A DNA stretch of 63,835 nt, filler included, from Deltaproteobacteria bacterium (GTDB taxonomy: Bacteria > JAEEML01): NCBI GenBank assembly GCA_016283195.1. It is 6 parts of 6 records of this genome, joined end to end, with 100 filler letters (N's around TTAATTAATTAA, not from the genome) between each part and the next. Parts side by side here need not be neighbours in the genome. Positions count along the whole stretch, not along the records: positions 37,017 to 56,480 come from JAEEML010000130.1; 5 more parts are not named here. The stretch is one strand, 5' to 3'. The position numbers and the translations under genes are program-made. Under the pieces are notes generated by a model. That model saw nothing but the letters and a program-made list of their open reading frames with translations, was not told the DNA's origin and searched no databases. Each line of letters begins with the position of its first letter. The stretch's first letter is position 1. Below are positions 38,891 through 49,271 of the stretch, piece by piece.

Positions 38891-39793
38891 ATGCAGTTAC
38901 AGGAACTGGCCAAAGAAGAACACGCGGCACTGGTGCTTAGCCGCGCCATGGACCGGGGGCGGCTGCATCATGATTATCTCATTTGTGCCAGCGATATTGC
39001 CGAGGCCGAAAGCCTGGTGCGCGTTTTTTTTGCCGCCTGCAACTGCGAGCCGATGAACGGCCTGGAATGTTGCGGTGAATGTCCCACTTGCGAGGCCATT
39101 TTAGACCCGGAGCGCGAATATCCGGAGCTCATGCTCTTTGATGCCACCCAGCAAAAGCTGGGCATTGACGAAGTGCGCACTATCGAGGGGCGTCTTTCTC
39201 ACTATATAAATCAGGGGCGGGCACGGGGCATTATCATCAGAGGCATGGAGCGTTTAACCACAGAGGCCCAAAACTGCCTCTTAAAAATTGTGGAAGAGCC
39301 GCCGGAAGCCACTTATTTTTTCTTTATTACCACTAATATAAACGGTGTTTTGCTCACTATCCGCTCCAGGTGCCAGATTTTGCGCCTGAGCCCTGCTCCG
39401 CTCACTGTGGCCCAAATAACGGCCGGTAATACTAATTTGGAGGCAATAAGCGAACTTTTGCTAAAAGCGGCCACTAAGAGCATAGAGGCGGTTATGGAGG
39501 CTGCGCAGCAAATTCCCGAGAATCGCTTTGAAGCCTCTATTGTGCTGGATTTATTGGAATTACGGCTAAGAGATATTTTAGCCGGGCGCGCCGGCCTTAG
39601 CGGGAGCGATTACATTTGCGACCAGGACTGGCTAAATAATAACGGCCCGATATTTGCTGATATTCCGGCCAAACGCCTCTTTAGCGCTCAAAATATTTTG
39701 GCCAAGGGGCGGCGCTACCGCGACAACAATATTAACTGCCGCTTATTAGGTGAAAGCGTTATTCTGAGCCTTATCAACCAAGCGGATTTGTAG
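38891..39793 (+). CDS. holB: DNA polymerase III delta' subunit
   Basis: RLHHDYL, C..CGECPTC, IDEVR, AQNCLLKIVEEPP, TIRSRCQ; holB-ricT-metG context. Confidence 0.85.
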   Translation: MQLQELAKEEHAALVLSRAMDRGRLHHDYLICASDIAEAESLVRVFFAACNCEPMNGLECCGECPTCEAILDPEREYPELMLFDATQQKLGIDEVRTIEGRLSHYINQGRARGIIIRGMERLTTEAQNCLLKIVEEPPEATYFFFITTNINGVLLTIRSRCQILRLSPAPLTVAQITAGNTNLEAISELLLKAATKSIEAVMEAAQQIPENRFEASIVLDLLELRLRDILAGRAGLSGSDYICDQDWLNNNGPIFADIPAKRLFSAQNILAKGRRYRDNNINCRLLGESVILSLINQADL

Positions 39794-39812
39794 AATAATT
39801 AAGGAGATTTTC

Positions 39813-41234
39813 ATGGAGGAAGGTGTAAACACCGTCCTTGAAGACAATGATAACACAGCGGAAGATGCCACTGAATTTGCCGGCGATACCGCTATAGGCG
39901 AAACCGCGGCAGAAAACTCTGCCACCCAAGATGCCGAGCAAGACGAGAGTGCCCCTGTTAACCGCTGCCAACACTGCATGGTGCGTTTGCGCTTTGCCGG
40001 CCGTTGTGCCGAATATTGCGCCGATACTTTAAAAGTAAATAACGGCGATGATGTGGTTATCGACAGCGACAGCGGCCTCACCATGGGCAAGGTGCTCATG
40101 CATAAAGACTGCGATGCCTGCCACGATGATTGCCCCTTGCCCAAAATCAGCCGCCTGGCCGAAAAAAATGATCACCAACTTTTTGAAGAGAACCGGGCCA
40201 GGGAGCGCGAAGCTTTTATCTTTTGTCAGGAGCGCATAGTTGAGCGCGGCCTGCCCATGAAGCTTTTGGGCGTAGAATTTATGCTAAACGGCACCAAGGC
40301 CATTTTTTATTTCTTCTCCGACGGCCGCGTGGACTTTCGCGCTTTGGTAAAAGACCTGGCCCAACGTTTTCGCACCCGCATCGAAATGCGCCAAATCGGT
40401 GTACGCGACGGCGCTAAGATTTTGGGAGGCCTGGGTATTTGCGGGCGTGAACTCTGCTGTGCCAGCTGGCTCACCACCTTTGAGCCGGTTTCCATCCGCA
40501 TGGCCAAAGATCAAAATCTGTCTTTAAATCCGCAAAAGGTCTCCGGTCTTTGCGGGCGCCTCATGTGCTGTTTGGTTTATGAACAGGCCACTTATACCCT
40601 TCTGCGTAAGGGGCTGCCCAAAATCGGCAAAAAGGTACTCACACCGGCCGGCGAGGGGCGCGTACGTGAGGTTAATGTTATTCTCCGGCAAGCCAAGGTG
40701 GATATTGAAAACGAAACCCATATTTTTACCGTTGATGACGACGGCAATTTTGTGCCTGTAGTTATTACCGGAGAAAATAACAAGGTAAAACCAATAGATA
40801 GCCGCTCAAGTCGTCAGGAGATCATGGAATCCCCGCCCATACCGCCAATGCCGATGGATGATGATAGCTCTGTCTCCTCTTCCGGGAAAACGGCGCTGGC
40901 CGCCAGGAAAGAGGAGCCCAAAGGCAACCAGCCGCAAAACGAAGCGGAACCGGAAAAAGCCGAACATGCGAAACCGGCCATCCAAGAGGAAGATAATAAT
41001 CATTCTGAGCCGGAAACAAGGCGAGATAACAGAGAATTTAGAGATAACAGAGGTCCGCGACACGGCCAAAATATAAGGCACCGCGATAATCGCCGCGGCC
41101 CTGGAGAAACGGAACGCCCTTCCTATGAAGGCGCCAGACAACACAATAAAAACCGTCATAACCGCCACATGGGCGGGCGGCCGCACGGTCCAAGAAACGG
41201 CAGCAACAACCAAAACAGAAGCGGAGAAGAGTGA
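39813..41234 (+). CDS. ricT: PSP1-domain protein (RicT/YaaT) with a disordered C-terminal tail
   Basis: GRVDFRALVKDLA, RIEMRQIGVRD, GICGRELCC, SGLCGRLMCCL. Confidence 0.93.
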   Translation: MEEGVNTVLEDNDNTAEDATEFAGDTAIGETAAENSATQDAEQDESAPVNRCQHCMVRLRFAGRCAEYCADTLKVNNGDDVVIDSDSGLTMGKVLMHKDCDACHDDCPLPKISRLAEKNDHQLFEENRAREREAFIFCQERIVERGLPMKLLGVEFMLNGTKAIFYFFSDGRVDFRALVKDLAQRFRTRIEMRQIGVRDGAKILGGLGICGRELCCASWLTTFEPVSIRMAKDQNLSLNPQKVSGLCGRLMCCLVYEQATYTLLRKGLPKIGKKVLTPAGEGRVREVNVILRQAKVDIENETHIFTVDDDGNFVPVVITGENNKVKPIDSRSSRQEIMESPPIPPMPMDDDSSVSSSGKTALAARKEEPKGNQPQNEAEPEKAEHAKPAIQEEDNNHSEPETRRDNREFRDNRGPRHGQNIRHRDNRRGPGETERPSYEGARQHNKNRHNRHMGGRPHGPRNGSNNQNRSGEE

Positions 41235-43250
41235 ATGAGCAAAAAAACTTTGGTAACTTCAGCACTTATTTATGCCAATGGCCCGGCCCATCTGGGCCAC
41301 ATGGTGGAATACCTGCAAACTGATATATATGTAAAAGCCCTAAAGCAGCTGGGCGAAGATGTGATTTATGTCTGCGCCGATGATACGCACGGCACACCTA
41401 TTGAAATAAACGCCGCCAAAGCCGGTATGACGCCGCAGGAATATATCGCCTCCTGGCATCAAAAACACAAAGAGGATTTTGATACTTACGGGGTGGATTT
41501 TGACAGCTTTTCCACCACCAACAGCGAAGAGAATCACTTTGTCACCAACGAGATTTATAAAGCTCTCTCAGCTAAAAATGTCTTCCAAACTAAAGAGGTG
41601 GACGGTTTTTACTGTGAGCACGACAAGCGCTTTTTGCCCGACCGCTATGTGCGCGGCATTTGCCCCAAATGCGGGGCCGAAGATCAATATGGCGATGTAT
41701 GCGAAAAGTGCCTCTCCACTTATGAGCCGACGGAGCTTAAAGAGCCCAAATGCGCCATTTGCCATAATACGCCGGTGATAAAAAGCTCCAAGCATCTCTT
41801 TTTATCTCTCTCGGAATCAGCTGATTTTCTTCAGGAATACATCAAAGGCGCTCTAGGGGAAGAGCTCAAAAATCATGTGCAAAAATGGATAGATGAAGGG
41901 CTTAAATCCTGGTGCATCAGCCGCGACGCGCCCTACTTCGGCTTTGAAATTCCCGATATTCCCGGCAAATACTTTTATGTGTGGTTTGATGCGCCAATCG
42001 GTTACATCGGCTCCACGGTTACCTATTGTAAAGAGCACGGTTTAGACCCATTTAAAGAGTATTGGCAAAATGACGAAGCACGCATTGTACATGTAATCGG
42101 TAAAGATATTGTCTATTTCCATTCGCTCTTTTGGCCCACAGTGCTAAAAAATGCCGGCTATCACCTGCCGGATACCATTCAGGTACACGGAATGCTCACT
42201 GTGGACGGCAAAAAAATGAGCAAGAGCCGTGGCACCTTTATCCCGGCCAGGGATTTTGCCGCAGTGGTGGACCCGGAGTATCTGCGTTATTACTATGCCA
42301 CCAAACTTAGCGAAGGAGCTGAAGATATTGACCTCGCCTTTGGTGAGTTTCAAAACCGTATTAATGCCGAGTTAGTTAATAAAATTGCTAACTTAGTGCA
42401 TAGATCTGCTACTCTTATCGAGCGCAACTTCGGCGGCAAATTGGCCGCTTTAAATAAAGACGAGTTTAAAGATATTATAGCCCAGGTTGAAGCTAAGCTA
42501 GCGGAAATCAAAGAGCTGTATCCCAAATTCCGCTTTAGCGAAGTAACTAAAAATATTTGTGAAATAGCTGATATCGGCAATGGGCTCATGCAGGACAGAA
42601 AGCCCTGGGAGCTGGTGAAGAGCGATCCCGATAAAGCACAGCAAATTCTCACTATGGTAGCCCATATTTGTCAGACTTTTGCCATAGCTCTAAAGCCCAT
42701 TACTCCCAAATTTGTGGCCCGGGTAGAAGAGATTTTGGGCCAAAAAGAACCTTTAACCTTTAACACGCCGCTCTGGAGCATGAGTGAGCCCATGCGCGCT
42801 CCCAAACATCTGGCGCAGCGTTTTGACAAGCAGGTACTGGAGGACCTGGTAACCAGGATGGCTAAGCAAATGGAAGAACAAACAAAAGCGGCCGAAGAGG
42901 CGCCGAAAAAGCCTTTTGAACCCATTGAAGCGGAAATTCCCGCTGATACTTTCTTTAAAGTTGACCTCCGGGTCGGCAAAATTTTAACAGCCGAAAACAT
43001 CAAAAAAAGCAAGAAGTTATTAAAGCTCTCCGTGGATTTGGGTGAGCCGGAGCCGCGGCAGATTCTCTCCGGTATAGCCTTAACCTTTAAGCCGGAAGAT
43101 CTCATTGGGCGCAAGGTTATCGTGGTGGCCAATTTGGCGCCGCGCCAGATGATGGGGCTTGATTCTTATGGCATGATCATTGCCACAGGCGAGCCGACAG
43201 CTATTAAACTCGCTACAGTGGACGGCGAGCCAGGAGATCGCATATCGTGA
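41235..43250 (+). CDS. metG: Methionine--tRNA ligase
   Basis: YANGPAHLGH, Zn knuckle, YVWFDAPIGY, KMSKS, C-terminal tRNA-binding OB domain. Confidence 0.98.
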   Translation: MSKKTLVTSALIYANGPAHLGHMVEYLQTDIYVKALKQLGEDVIYVCADDTHGTPIEINAAKAGMTPQEYIASWHQKHKEDFDTYGVDFDSFSTTNSEENHFVTNEIYKALSAKNVFQTKEVDGFYCEHDKRFLPDRYVRGICPKCGAEDQYGDVCEKCLSTYEPTELKEPKCAICHNTPVIKSSKHLFLSLSESADFLQEYIKGALGEELKNHVQKWIDEGLKSWCISRDAPYFGFEIPDIPGKYFYVWFDAPIGYIGSTVTYCKEHGLDPFKEYWQNDEARIVHVIGKDIVYFHSLFWPTVLKNAGYHLPDTIQVHGMLTVDGKKMSKSRGTFIPARDFAAVVDPEYLRYYYATKLSEGAEDIDLAFGEFQNRINAELVNKIANLVHRSATLIERNFGGKLAALNKDEFKDIIAQVEAKLAEIKELYPKFRFSEVTKNICEIADIGNGLMQDRKPWELVKSDPDKAQQILTMVAHICQTFAIALKPITPKFVARVEEILGQKEPLTFNTPLWSMSEPMRAPKHLAQRFDKQVLEDLVTRMAKQMEEQTKAAEEAPKKPFEPIEAEIPADTFFKVDLRVGKILTAENIKKSKKLLKLSVDLGEPEPRQILSGIALTFKPEDLIGRKVIVVANLAPRQMMGLDSYGMIIATGEPTAIKLATVDGEPGDRIS

Positions 43251-44308
43251 GAAACAATAATAACAATAAGCAAAGAAATACAGCCGGTAAAAATAGCCGC
43301 CGCGAAGCCCTACCGGAAGACAAAAAACGCCCTGCTCTGCCGCGTCATGGTGATGAGCGTAAAGCCCTGCCCGGCGGCCGCCGCAATTCCCAAGCTTTGC
43401 CGGGGCGCAAAAGCGGCGCGGCGCTGCCGGAGCACAAAATAGCCCGGGCGCTTCCGGACCATAAAGCCCCCGGGGCACTGCCGGCGCACAAAACACCCAG
43501 AGCGCTCCCGCCAAGAGATGAGCCCAAAGCTCTGGAAGCCGCCACGCCAAAGAGCAAAAAAGATCTGGCCGGCGACCAGGAGATTATTTTTGGCATTCAT
43601 GCCGTTGAGGAGCTTTTAGAGACCAAGCCCAAACAAATCAGAGCTCTCCATGTTATCGCCGGCAGTGTCGGGTATGCCGTGGGCCGCCTCTTGGCCCGGG
43701 CCAAGGAGCTCGGCGTCTCCGTGCGTATGGATAGCAAAGAGGCCTTTAAAGCGCTGGCCCCCCAAGGCAACCATCAGGGCATTTTTGCCATTGTGGATTC
43801 TATTGAATATCTCTCGCTGGATGAAGTATTAGAGCGCTTCCCGGCTGATAAAAAGCCGCTTTTGGTTATACTTGACGGCATAGAAGACGGCCATAATCTT
43901 GGTGCTATCATCAGAAGCGCCCATGCCTTTGGGGCCAGCGCGGTGGTTACCGCCGAGCGCCGCAGTGCCGCTGTCTCGGGCTTCGTGGCCAAGGCGGCCG
44001 CCGGTGCTCTCGCACACTGCCCGGTGGCCAGAGTGGGCAACCTGGCTCAGGCCATGGATCGGCTGATTGAAGAAAATTACACCTTGGTGGCCACCACCGT
44101 GGAAGGCGGCCGCCTACCGTGGGAAATCCCGTGGGATATCGGGCCGATAGCGCTCGTTATCGGCGGCGAACATGCCGGAGTGCGCCCCATCATAAAAAAG
44201 CGTTGCCACCAGCTCATGACTATTCCCATTGCCGAAACACAGGAATCACTCAACGCTTCTGTGGCGGCGGCCATTGCCCTCTATGAAGCAGCTAAGGCCA
44301 GAAAATAG
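43247..44308 (+). CDS. rlmB: 23S rRNA (G2251-2'-O)-methyltransferase with an N-terminal ALP-repeat extension
   Basis: IFGIHAVEE, HQGI, LDGIEDGHNLGAIIRSA, GGEHAG, ESLNASVA SPOUT motifs. Confidence 0.9.
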   Translation: MRNNNNNKQRNTAGKNSRREALPEDKKRPALPRHGDERKALPGGRRNSQALPGRKSGAALPEHKIARALPDHKAPGALPAHKTPRALPPRDEPKALEAATPKSKKDLAGDQEIIFGIHAVEELLETKPKQIRALHVIAGSVGYAVGRLLARAKELGVSVRMDSKEAFKALAPQGNHQGIFAIVDSIEYLSLDEVLERFPADKKPLLVILDGIEDGHNLGAIIRSAHAFGASAVVTAERRSAAVSGFVAKAAAGALAHCPVARVGNLAQAMDRLIEENYTLVATTVEGGRLPWEIPWDIGPIALVIGGEHAGVRPIIKKRCHQLMTIPIAETQESLNASVAAAIALYEAAKARK

Positions 44309-44318
44309 TTCTAACTGG

Positions 44319-44347
44319 TTGACTAAAAAGCGCAAAAATAATAAAAT
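44319..44347 (+). promoter_or_regulatory. Candidate sigma-70 promoter of the double-FISUMP gene
   Basis: TTGACT-17nt-TAAAAT; GGGAG RBS downstream. Confidence 0.55.
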
Positions 44348-44395
44348 AAAAAGCAGAAAGCTCTCCGCAGTTACAAGGAAAGCTAGGGAGAAAAC

Positions 44396-46198
44396 ATGAA
44401 AAAAATTGTGTTTGTGACCTCGTTGATGTTGTGTGCTCTAATGGCTGTAAACTGCAACAATGAAGACTCTAAGCCTCAGGACGGTAACACCAAAACCGAC
44501 AGCGGCAAAGAGCAAAAACCAACCAAACCGAGTGATGGCAACAGCGATGCCAATACCGACAAGCCAAAGCCGCAAAAATGTGACCCAGGCTTCTTTGGTT
44601 CTGAGTGCACTAAGTGCCAGGATTGCGGCCCCAATGCCACTTGCAATGACGGCAAAAGCGGCGATGGTTCCTGTATTTGCAAAAACGGCTTCTTTGGTAA
44701 TACTTGCACAGCCTGCCCCAATTGCGGCGAGCATGGCACCTGCGATGACGGCAACAAAGGTGGTGGCTCCTGTATATGCAAAAGCGGCTATAAAGGCACA
44801 CTTTGCGACGAAGCCGACGAAGATATTATAAATACCAATTTCAGCAAATGTACCCGCCCGGGCGGCGAATATAATCAAGTTACTGCCGATTTCTGCCAAC
44901 TCACAGATACTCGTGACAAGCAAAAATACCAGGTTGCCCTTATCGGCGAGCAAATTTGGACAGCCGAAAATATGCGCTACGCCGTCCCGGAACACTTTTC
45001 GGCAGGTAACGAATCCGCAAACGACAACACCTATGGCCTCTTATATAATTATAATGTGGCTCAAAATGTTTGCCCTACCGGTTGGCATCTGCCCACAAAG
45101 GCCGAGTTTGAAGTTCTTCGCGACTATGTCAAAGCCAACAGAACCAGTAGCTCTCTCTTAATCGCCTTCCTGGCTAAAAGTGCCTTATGGACTAATCATT
45201 CTAACGAAGGCAACGATGATTTTGGCTTCAGTATGTTACCGGCCGGTATCAAAAATATTTCCGAAGTTGATGGCAGCAGCTCTTTTGACAACTTAGGCAA
45301 AGCTGCCTTCATTTGGACTGCTACCGCCAACCCGGTTGTCGCTAATCCAGATGATGAAGAAGAAGAGGAAGAGGAAGCAGAAAAGGCTTATTTCTTCGGT
45401 GCTACCCTCACCAGCCAAATCTCAATCAGCAGTATTAGAGAAGATAGCGCCCTTTCGGTACGTTGTTTGCAGGATATCGACAATTGCGGCGAGCACGGCA
45501 CTTATAGCCGAGAACTGGCCAGATGCGTATGCTCCGATGATTATGTCGGTGATAAATGTGATACTAAAGTTGTAGTTACTCCCAGCGGCAACAATTTCAG
45601 CAAATGTACCATGAAAAACGGCAAATACGACCAGGCAAAAGATAGCGACTGCGTAATCACCGATACCCGCGATAATGAAAAATACCAAGTCGTACTAATC
45701 GATAAACAGGTGTGGCTACGTGAAAATATACGCACCAAACAGGGCGTGCAAAGCTCTTACCATTCTGCCAATAATGATAGCAAAAATGATAAAACTTACG
45801 GCCTCTTATATATGTGGAGCGATGCCAAAAATATCTGCCCCGAAGGCTGGCGTTTGCCTACAAAAGCCGAATTTGAGGATCTATTGCGCTATGCCGGCGA
45901 TGAATCGGATATTCAATTGCTCAAATTAAGAGCCGAAAAATGGACTGTGAATGATTGGGGTGAAGAAAAGAGCGGCATGGATTCTTTCGGCTTTGGTGCT
46001 CTGCCCGCCGGCCGCTGGGATGGCCGAGAAAGCGAACCGGAGCAATTCGGCATGGATACCAGTTTTTGGTCCGGCGAGGAGCCGCCAGATAACAAAACCT
46101 TAGCCTATTATTTATACCTGAGCACCGAAGAACTGGAAGCCACCGTAGCCCGTTCTACCAAAAATGATTGGAACTCTGTCCGCTGCATAAAAGAATAA
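44396..46198 (+). CDS. Lipoprotein with EGF-like repeats and two FISUMP domains
   Basis: AVNC lipobox-like; CNDGKSGDGSCICKNGFFG repeats; two TDTRD..Y..V.I..Q.W..EN / YGLLY / CP.GW.LPT / LPAG / SVRC units. Confidence 0.9.
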   Translation: MKKIVFVTSLMLCALMAVNCNNEDSKPQDGNTKTDSGKEQKPTKPSDGNSDANTDKPKPQKCDPGFFGSECTKCQDCGPNATCNDGKSGDGSCICKNGFFGNTCTACPNCGEHGTCDDGNKGGGSCICKSGYKGTLCDEADEDIINTNFSKCTRPGGEYNQVTADFCQLTDTRDKQKYQVALIGEQIWTAENMRYAVPEHFSAGNESANDNTYGLLYNYNVAQNVCPTGWHLPTKAEFEVLRDYVKANRTSSSLLIAFLAKSALWTNHSNEGNDDFGFSMLPAGIKNISEVDGSSSFDNLGKAAFIWTATANPVVANPDDEEEEEEEAEKAYFFGATLTSQISISSIREDSALSVRCLQDIDNCGEHGTYSRELARCVCSDDYVGDKCDTKVVVTPSGNNFSKCTMKNGKYDQAKDSDCVITDTRDNEKYQVVLIDKQVWLRENIRTKQGVQSSYHSANNDSKNDKTYGLLYMWSDAKNICPEGWRLPTKAEFEDLLRYAGDESDIQLLKLRAEKWTVNDWGEEKSGMDSFGFGALPAGRWDGRESEPEQFGMDTSFWSGEEPPDNKTLAYYLYLSTEELEATVARSTKNDWNSVRCIKE

Positions 46199-46341
46199 AT
46201 CTAATCTTTAAATACCAAGTCAGCCGAAAATTTCTTTCACAAAATATACAATAAAAGTCTGGTAACCTACGCGCTTATCATGTAAAAGAGTGCCGCCGGT
46301 TTATGGAAAATATTTTTGTGCCGGCCAATTGAGGTCATGTA

Positions 46342-47781
46342 ATGAAAATTAGCCTATATAATTCTCAAACAAGCAACAAAGAAGAACTCGTTCCCCAGGT
46401 TCCGGGGAAACTGGGGATTTATGTCTGTGGGCCAACTGTTTACGACATGAGCCATATCGGCCATGCCCGTGTTTATGTGGCTTTTGATACTATCATCCGC
46501 TTTTTGCGCAGCCAGGGCCTTGATGTCACCTATGTGCGTAATTTCACCGATATCGACGATAAAATTATTAAAAGAGCGGCCGAAAAGGGCCAGGATCCCT
46601 TTGAACTGGCCAGCCATTTTATCGACGAATTCAACAAAGACATGGATGATCTCGGTAATAAGCACGCCGATATAGAGCCGCGTGTCACCAAGCATATTCC
46701 AGAAATTATTGATCTTATTTCAATTTTAGTTAATAAAGGCTTAGCTTATGAATCCGGCGGCGATGTCTATTATGCTGTCTCTAAATTCCCTGGCTATGGC
46801 AAATTATCGGGCCGCAAATTAGAGGATATGCTGGCCGGTGCCCGCGTGGAGCCCGGCGACAAAAAGCGCGAGCCGATGGATTTTGCTCTCTGGAAAGCGG
46901 CCAAGCCGGGCGAGCCTTCATGGGATAGCCCATGGGGCAAAGGCCGTCCGGGCTGGCATATTGAGTGTAGCGCTATGAGCGTCAAATACTTAGGCAAGAC
47001 GCTGGATATTCACGGCGGCGGCAAGGATTTGCTCTTTCCCCACCACGAAAACGAGCTAGCCCAGAGCGAAGGTGCTTTTGATGTGCCCTTCTGCCATTAC
47101 TGGATGCACAACGGCTTTGTTAATGTCGATGGCGAAAAAATGGCCAAGAGTTTGGGAAATTTCTCAACAATTAGAGATATTTCCACTAGTTACCACCCGC
47201 AAGCCATCCGTTACTTTTTGCTCACCACCCACTATAGAGCGCCCATCAACTTTACGCTTGACCAAGTAGAAGAAGGCGAGCAACGCATTAAATATATGGC
47301 AAGTACCATAGAAAAAGCCGAAAGCGTACTGGCCGGCGAGCCGGAAGCTAGCCCAGATTTCAGCAAAATAGATTGGTATAATACTTTTATTGCCGCTATG
47401 GCCGATGATTTTAACACTGCCCAGGCTTTGGCCGCTCTTAGCGCTCCTTTTAAGCAATTAAATGAATTGGCTTCAAAACAGGGCAAAAAGTTAAAAGCCG
47501 CCCTGCCGCAAATTGCCGAGCTCTATGCCGCGCTTAAAAAACCACTTGAAATACTTGGGCTTTTACAAACCCCGGTTAAAGACATCCTAGCCGGAATTTT
47601 GAGCCGCCGCATTATGCGCCGCCATATAGATGTCGCCAAAGTGGAAGCTTTAATTGCCGAGCGCAATCAGGCCAGAGCCGATAAGAACTGGGCGGAAGCC
47701 GATAGATTGCGCGGAGTTTTGCAAGAAATGGGCATAGAACTTCTCGATGGCCAGGATAAAACCACTTGGGAAGTAATCTAA
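46342..47781 (+). CDS. cysS: Cysteine--tRNA ligase
   Basis: CGPTVY, HIGHAR, DFALWK, GRPGWHIECSAM, HGGG.DL.FPHHENE, KMAKS. Confidence 0.98.
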   Translation: MKISLYNSQTSNKEELVPQVPGKLGIYVCGPTVYDMSHIGHARVYVAFDTIIRFLRSQGLDVTYVRNFTDIDDKIIKRAAEKGQDPFELASHFIDEFNKDMDDLGNKHADIEPRVTKHIPEIIDLISILVNKGLAYESGGDVYYAVSKFPGYGKLSGRKLEDMLAGARVEPGDKKREPMDFALWKAAKPGEPSWDSPWGKGRPGWHIECSAMSVKYLGKTLDIHGGGKDLLFPHHENELAQSEGAFDVPFCHYWMHNGFVNVDGEKMAKSLGNFSTIRDISTSYHPQAIRYFLLTTHYRAPINFTLDQVEEGEQRIKYMASTIEKAESVLAGEPEASPDFSKIDWYNTFIAAMADDFNTAQALAALSAPFKQLNELASKQGKKLKAALPQIAELYAALKKPLEILGLLQTPVKDILAGILSRRIMRRHIDVAKVEALIAERNQARADKNWAEADRLRGVLQEMGIELLDGQDKTTWEVI

Positions 47782-47832
47782 AATAAATATTTGCGCTGTA
47801 ATTGGCGCACTTTTGTCACAAAGGAGTGAACA

Positions 47833-48186
47833 ATGGATAACGAGATTCTCAGCAAAGCCGAAGTTGATTTATTTGCCAGAGCTATGTACTTCGTGGCCAC
47901 CGTCGATGGCGTTGATGATAGCGAAGTTGCCGTTATTGATGAATTTTTAAAAGATGCCGGTTACCCGGATATGATTAACAATATTGATAAAACTGTCTTC
48001 CACCCGGCAGAAGTGCCCACCGTTTTGGAAACCACCGACAAGCGCCGCCTGCTTTTAAAAGTGCTCTTTGTGCTGATTAAAGCCGATGGCAAAGTAACCG
48101 ATGCCGAAAAGAAGAGAATTTTTGCTATTGCCGATACTGTGGGACTCACCAGCTCCTTAGATGAGCTGGAGGCCTCTATTTCCTAA
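47833..48186 (+). CDS. TerB-like (tellurite resistance family) protein
   Basis: VATVDGVDDSE and IKADGKVTDAEK repeated metal-binding helices. Confidence 0.75.
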   Translation: MDNEILSKAEVDLFARAMYFVATVDGVDDSEVAVIDEFLKDAGYPDMINNIDKTVFHPAEVPTVLETTDKRRLLLKVLFVLIKADGKVTDAEKKRIFAIADTVGLTSSLDELEASIS

Positions 48187-48225
48187 AATATCTTTATCGG
48201 AAATAGTGTTTCCGGAGAATTTTCT

Positions 48226-49254
48226 GTGAGCTGGTATAATCGTCTTTTTGTTGTTGATATGGCCATAGACCTTGGCACCTCTTATACTATTATCTATGTG
48301 AAAGATGAGGGTATTGTCTGTTGTGAGCCATCTGTTGTGGCCATGCAGGATGAAGGGCACGGTATAAAAAGAGTCTGCGCTGTCGGTAGCGAAGCTAAAG
48401 AGATGATCGGCCGCACACCAGACAGTGTTATCGCTGTTAAGCCGGTTAAAAACGGCGTTATTGCCGATTTTGAAGTTACCGAAGCCATGCTCCGCGTACT
48501 CATTGCCAAAGCCATTAAAGGGCGCACTTTTGCCAAACCCCGGGTGATTGTCTGTGTACCCCATGGTGTCACCGAGGTGGAAAAAAGAGCCGTTAAAGAG
48601 AGCGTACAGAGCGCCGGCGCCCGTGAAGTTTATCTTATCGAAGAACCAATGGCTGCCGCTATCGGCGCCGGCCTCCCCATTACCGAGCCTTCGGGCAATA
48701 TGATTGTGGATATCGGCGGCGGCACTACTGAAGTGGCTGTTATTTCCCTGGCCGGTATCGTCTATTCCCGCTCTTTGCGCCAGGGCGGCGAGAAGATGGA
48801 CGAAGCCATAATTCAGCATATTAAAAAGCGCTATAATTTATTGATTGGCGAGCCCACAGCCGAGGCTTTAAAGAAAAATATCGGTTCGGCCAAGCCGCTC
48901 AAGGAGCAGCTCACTTATGAAATAAGAGGGCGCGATGTCCTGGCCGGTGTACCCCGCTCCATTGTGGTCACTTCCGAAGAAATATGCGAAGCTCTTTCTG
49001 AGCCGGTGCAGAGCATTATCGAGCTGGTAACTACAGCTCTCGAGCGCACTCCGCCGGAGCTGGCAGCCGATATTGTCGATAAAGGCATTGTGCTCACCGG
49101 CGGCGGCGCCTTGTTAAAAAATATGGATGCCCGCCTGCGCGAAGAGACAAAACTGCCGGTAATGATTAGCGATGATCCGCTAAACGCGGTGGTTATCGGT
49201 AGCGGTATGGCCTTGGAGCAACTGGATCTTTTGCGTAACGTCACCATTTCTTAA
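48226..49254 (+). CDS. mreB: Rod shape-determining protein MreB
   Basis: AIDLGT, EPSVVA, EEPMAAAIGAG, DIGGGTTE, LTGGGALL. Confidence 0.98.
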   Translation: MSWYNRLFVVDMAIDLGTSYTIIYVKDEGIVCCEPSVVAMQDEGHGIKRVCAVGSEAKEMIGRTPDSVIAVKPVKNGVIADFEVTEAMLRVLIAKAIKGRTFAKPRVIVCVPHGVTEVEKRAVKESVQSAGAREVYLIEEPMAAAIGAGLPITEPSGNMIVDIGGGTTEVAVISLAGIVYSRSLRQGGEKMDEAIIQHIKKRYNLLIGEPTAEALKKNIGSAKPLKEQLTYEIRGRDVLAGVPRSIVVTSEEICEALSEPVQSIIELVTTALERTPPELAADIVDKGIVLTGGGALLKNMDARLREETKLPVMISDDPLNAVVIGSGMALEQLDLLRNVTIS

Positions 49255-49271
49255 GAGGGTGCTTACTGTTT

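Noticed and set aside
41020-41055. GAGATAACAGAG repeated in the ricT tail
   Set aside because: Short coding duplication (RDNREFRDNR) in a low-complexity disordered tail; no further structure.
38891-43250. RicT (a sporulation/competence-associated protein) in a Gram-negative genome and a HolB lacking Walker A
   Set aside because: holB-ricT-metG is a common arrangement outside Firmicutes, and delta' is a catalytically inactive clamp-loader subunit.
47803-47820. TTGGCGCACTTTTGTC as a sigma-54 promoter for the terB-mreB operon
   Set aside because: The required GC at -12 is missing (GG-N10-TC).
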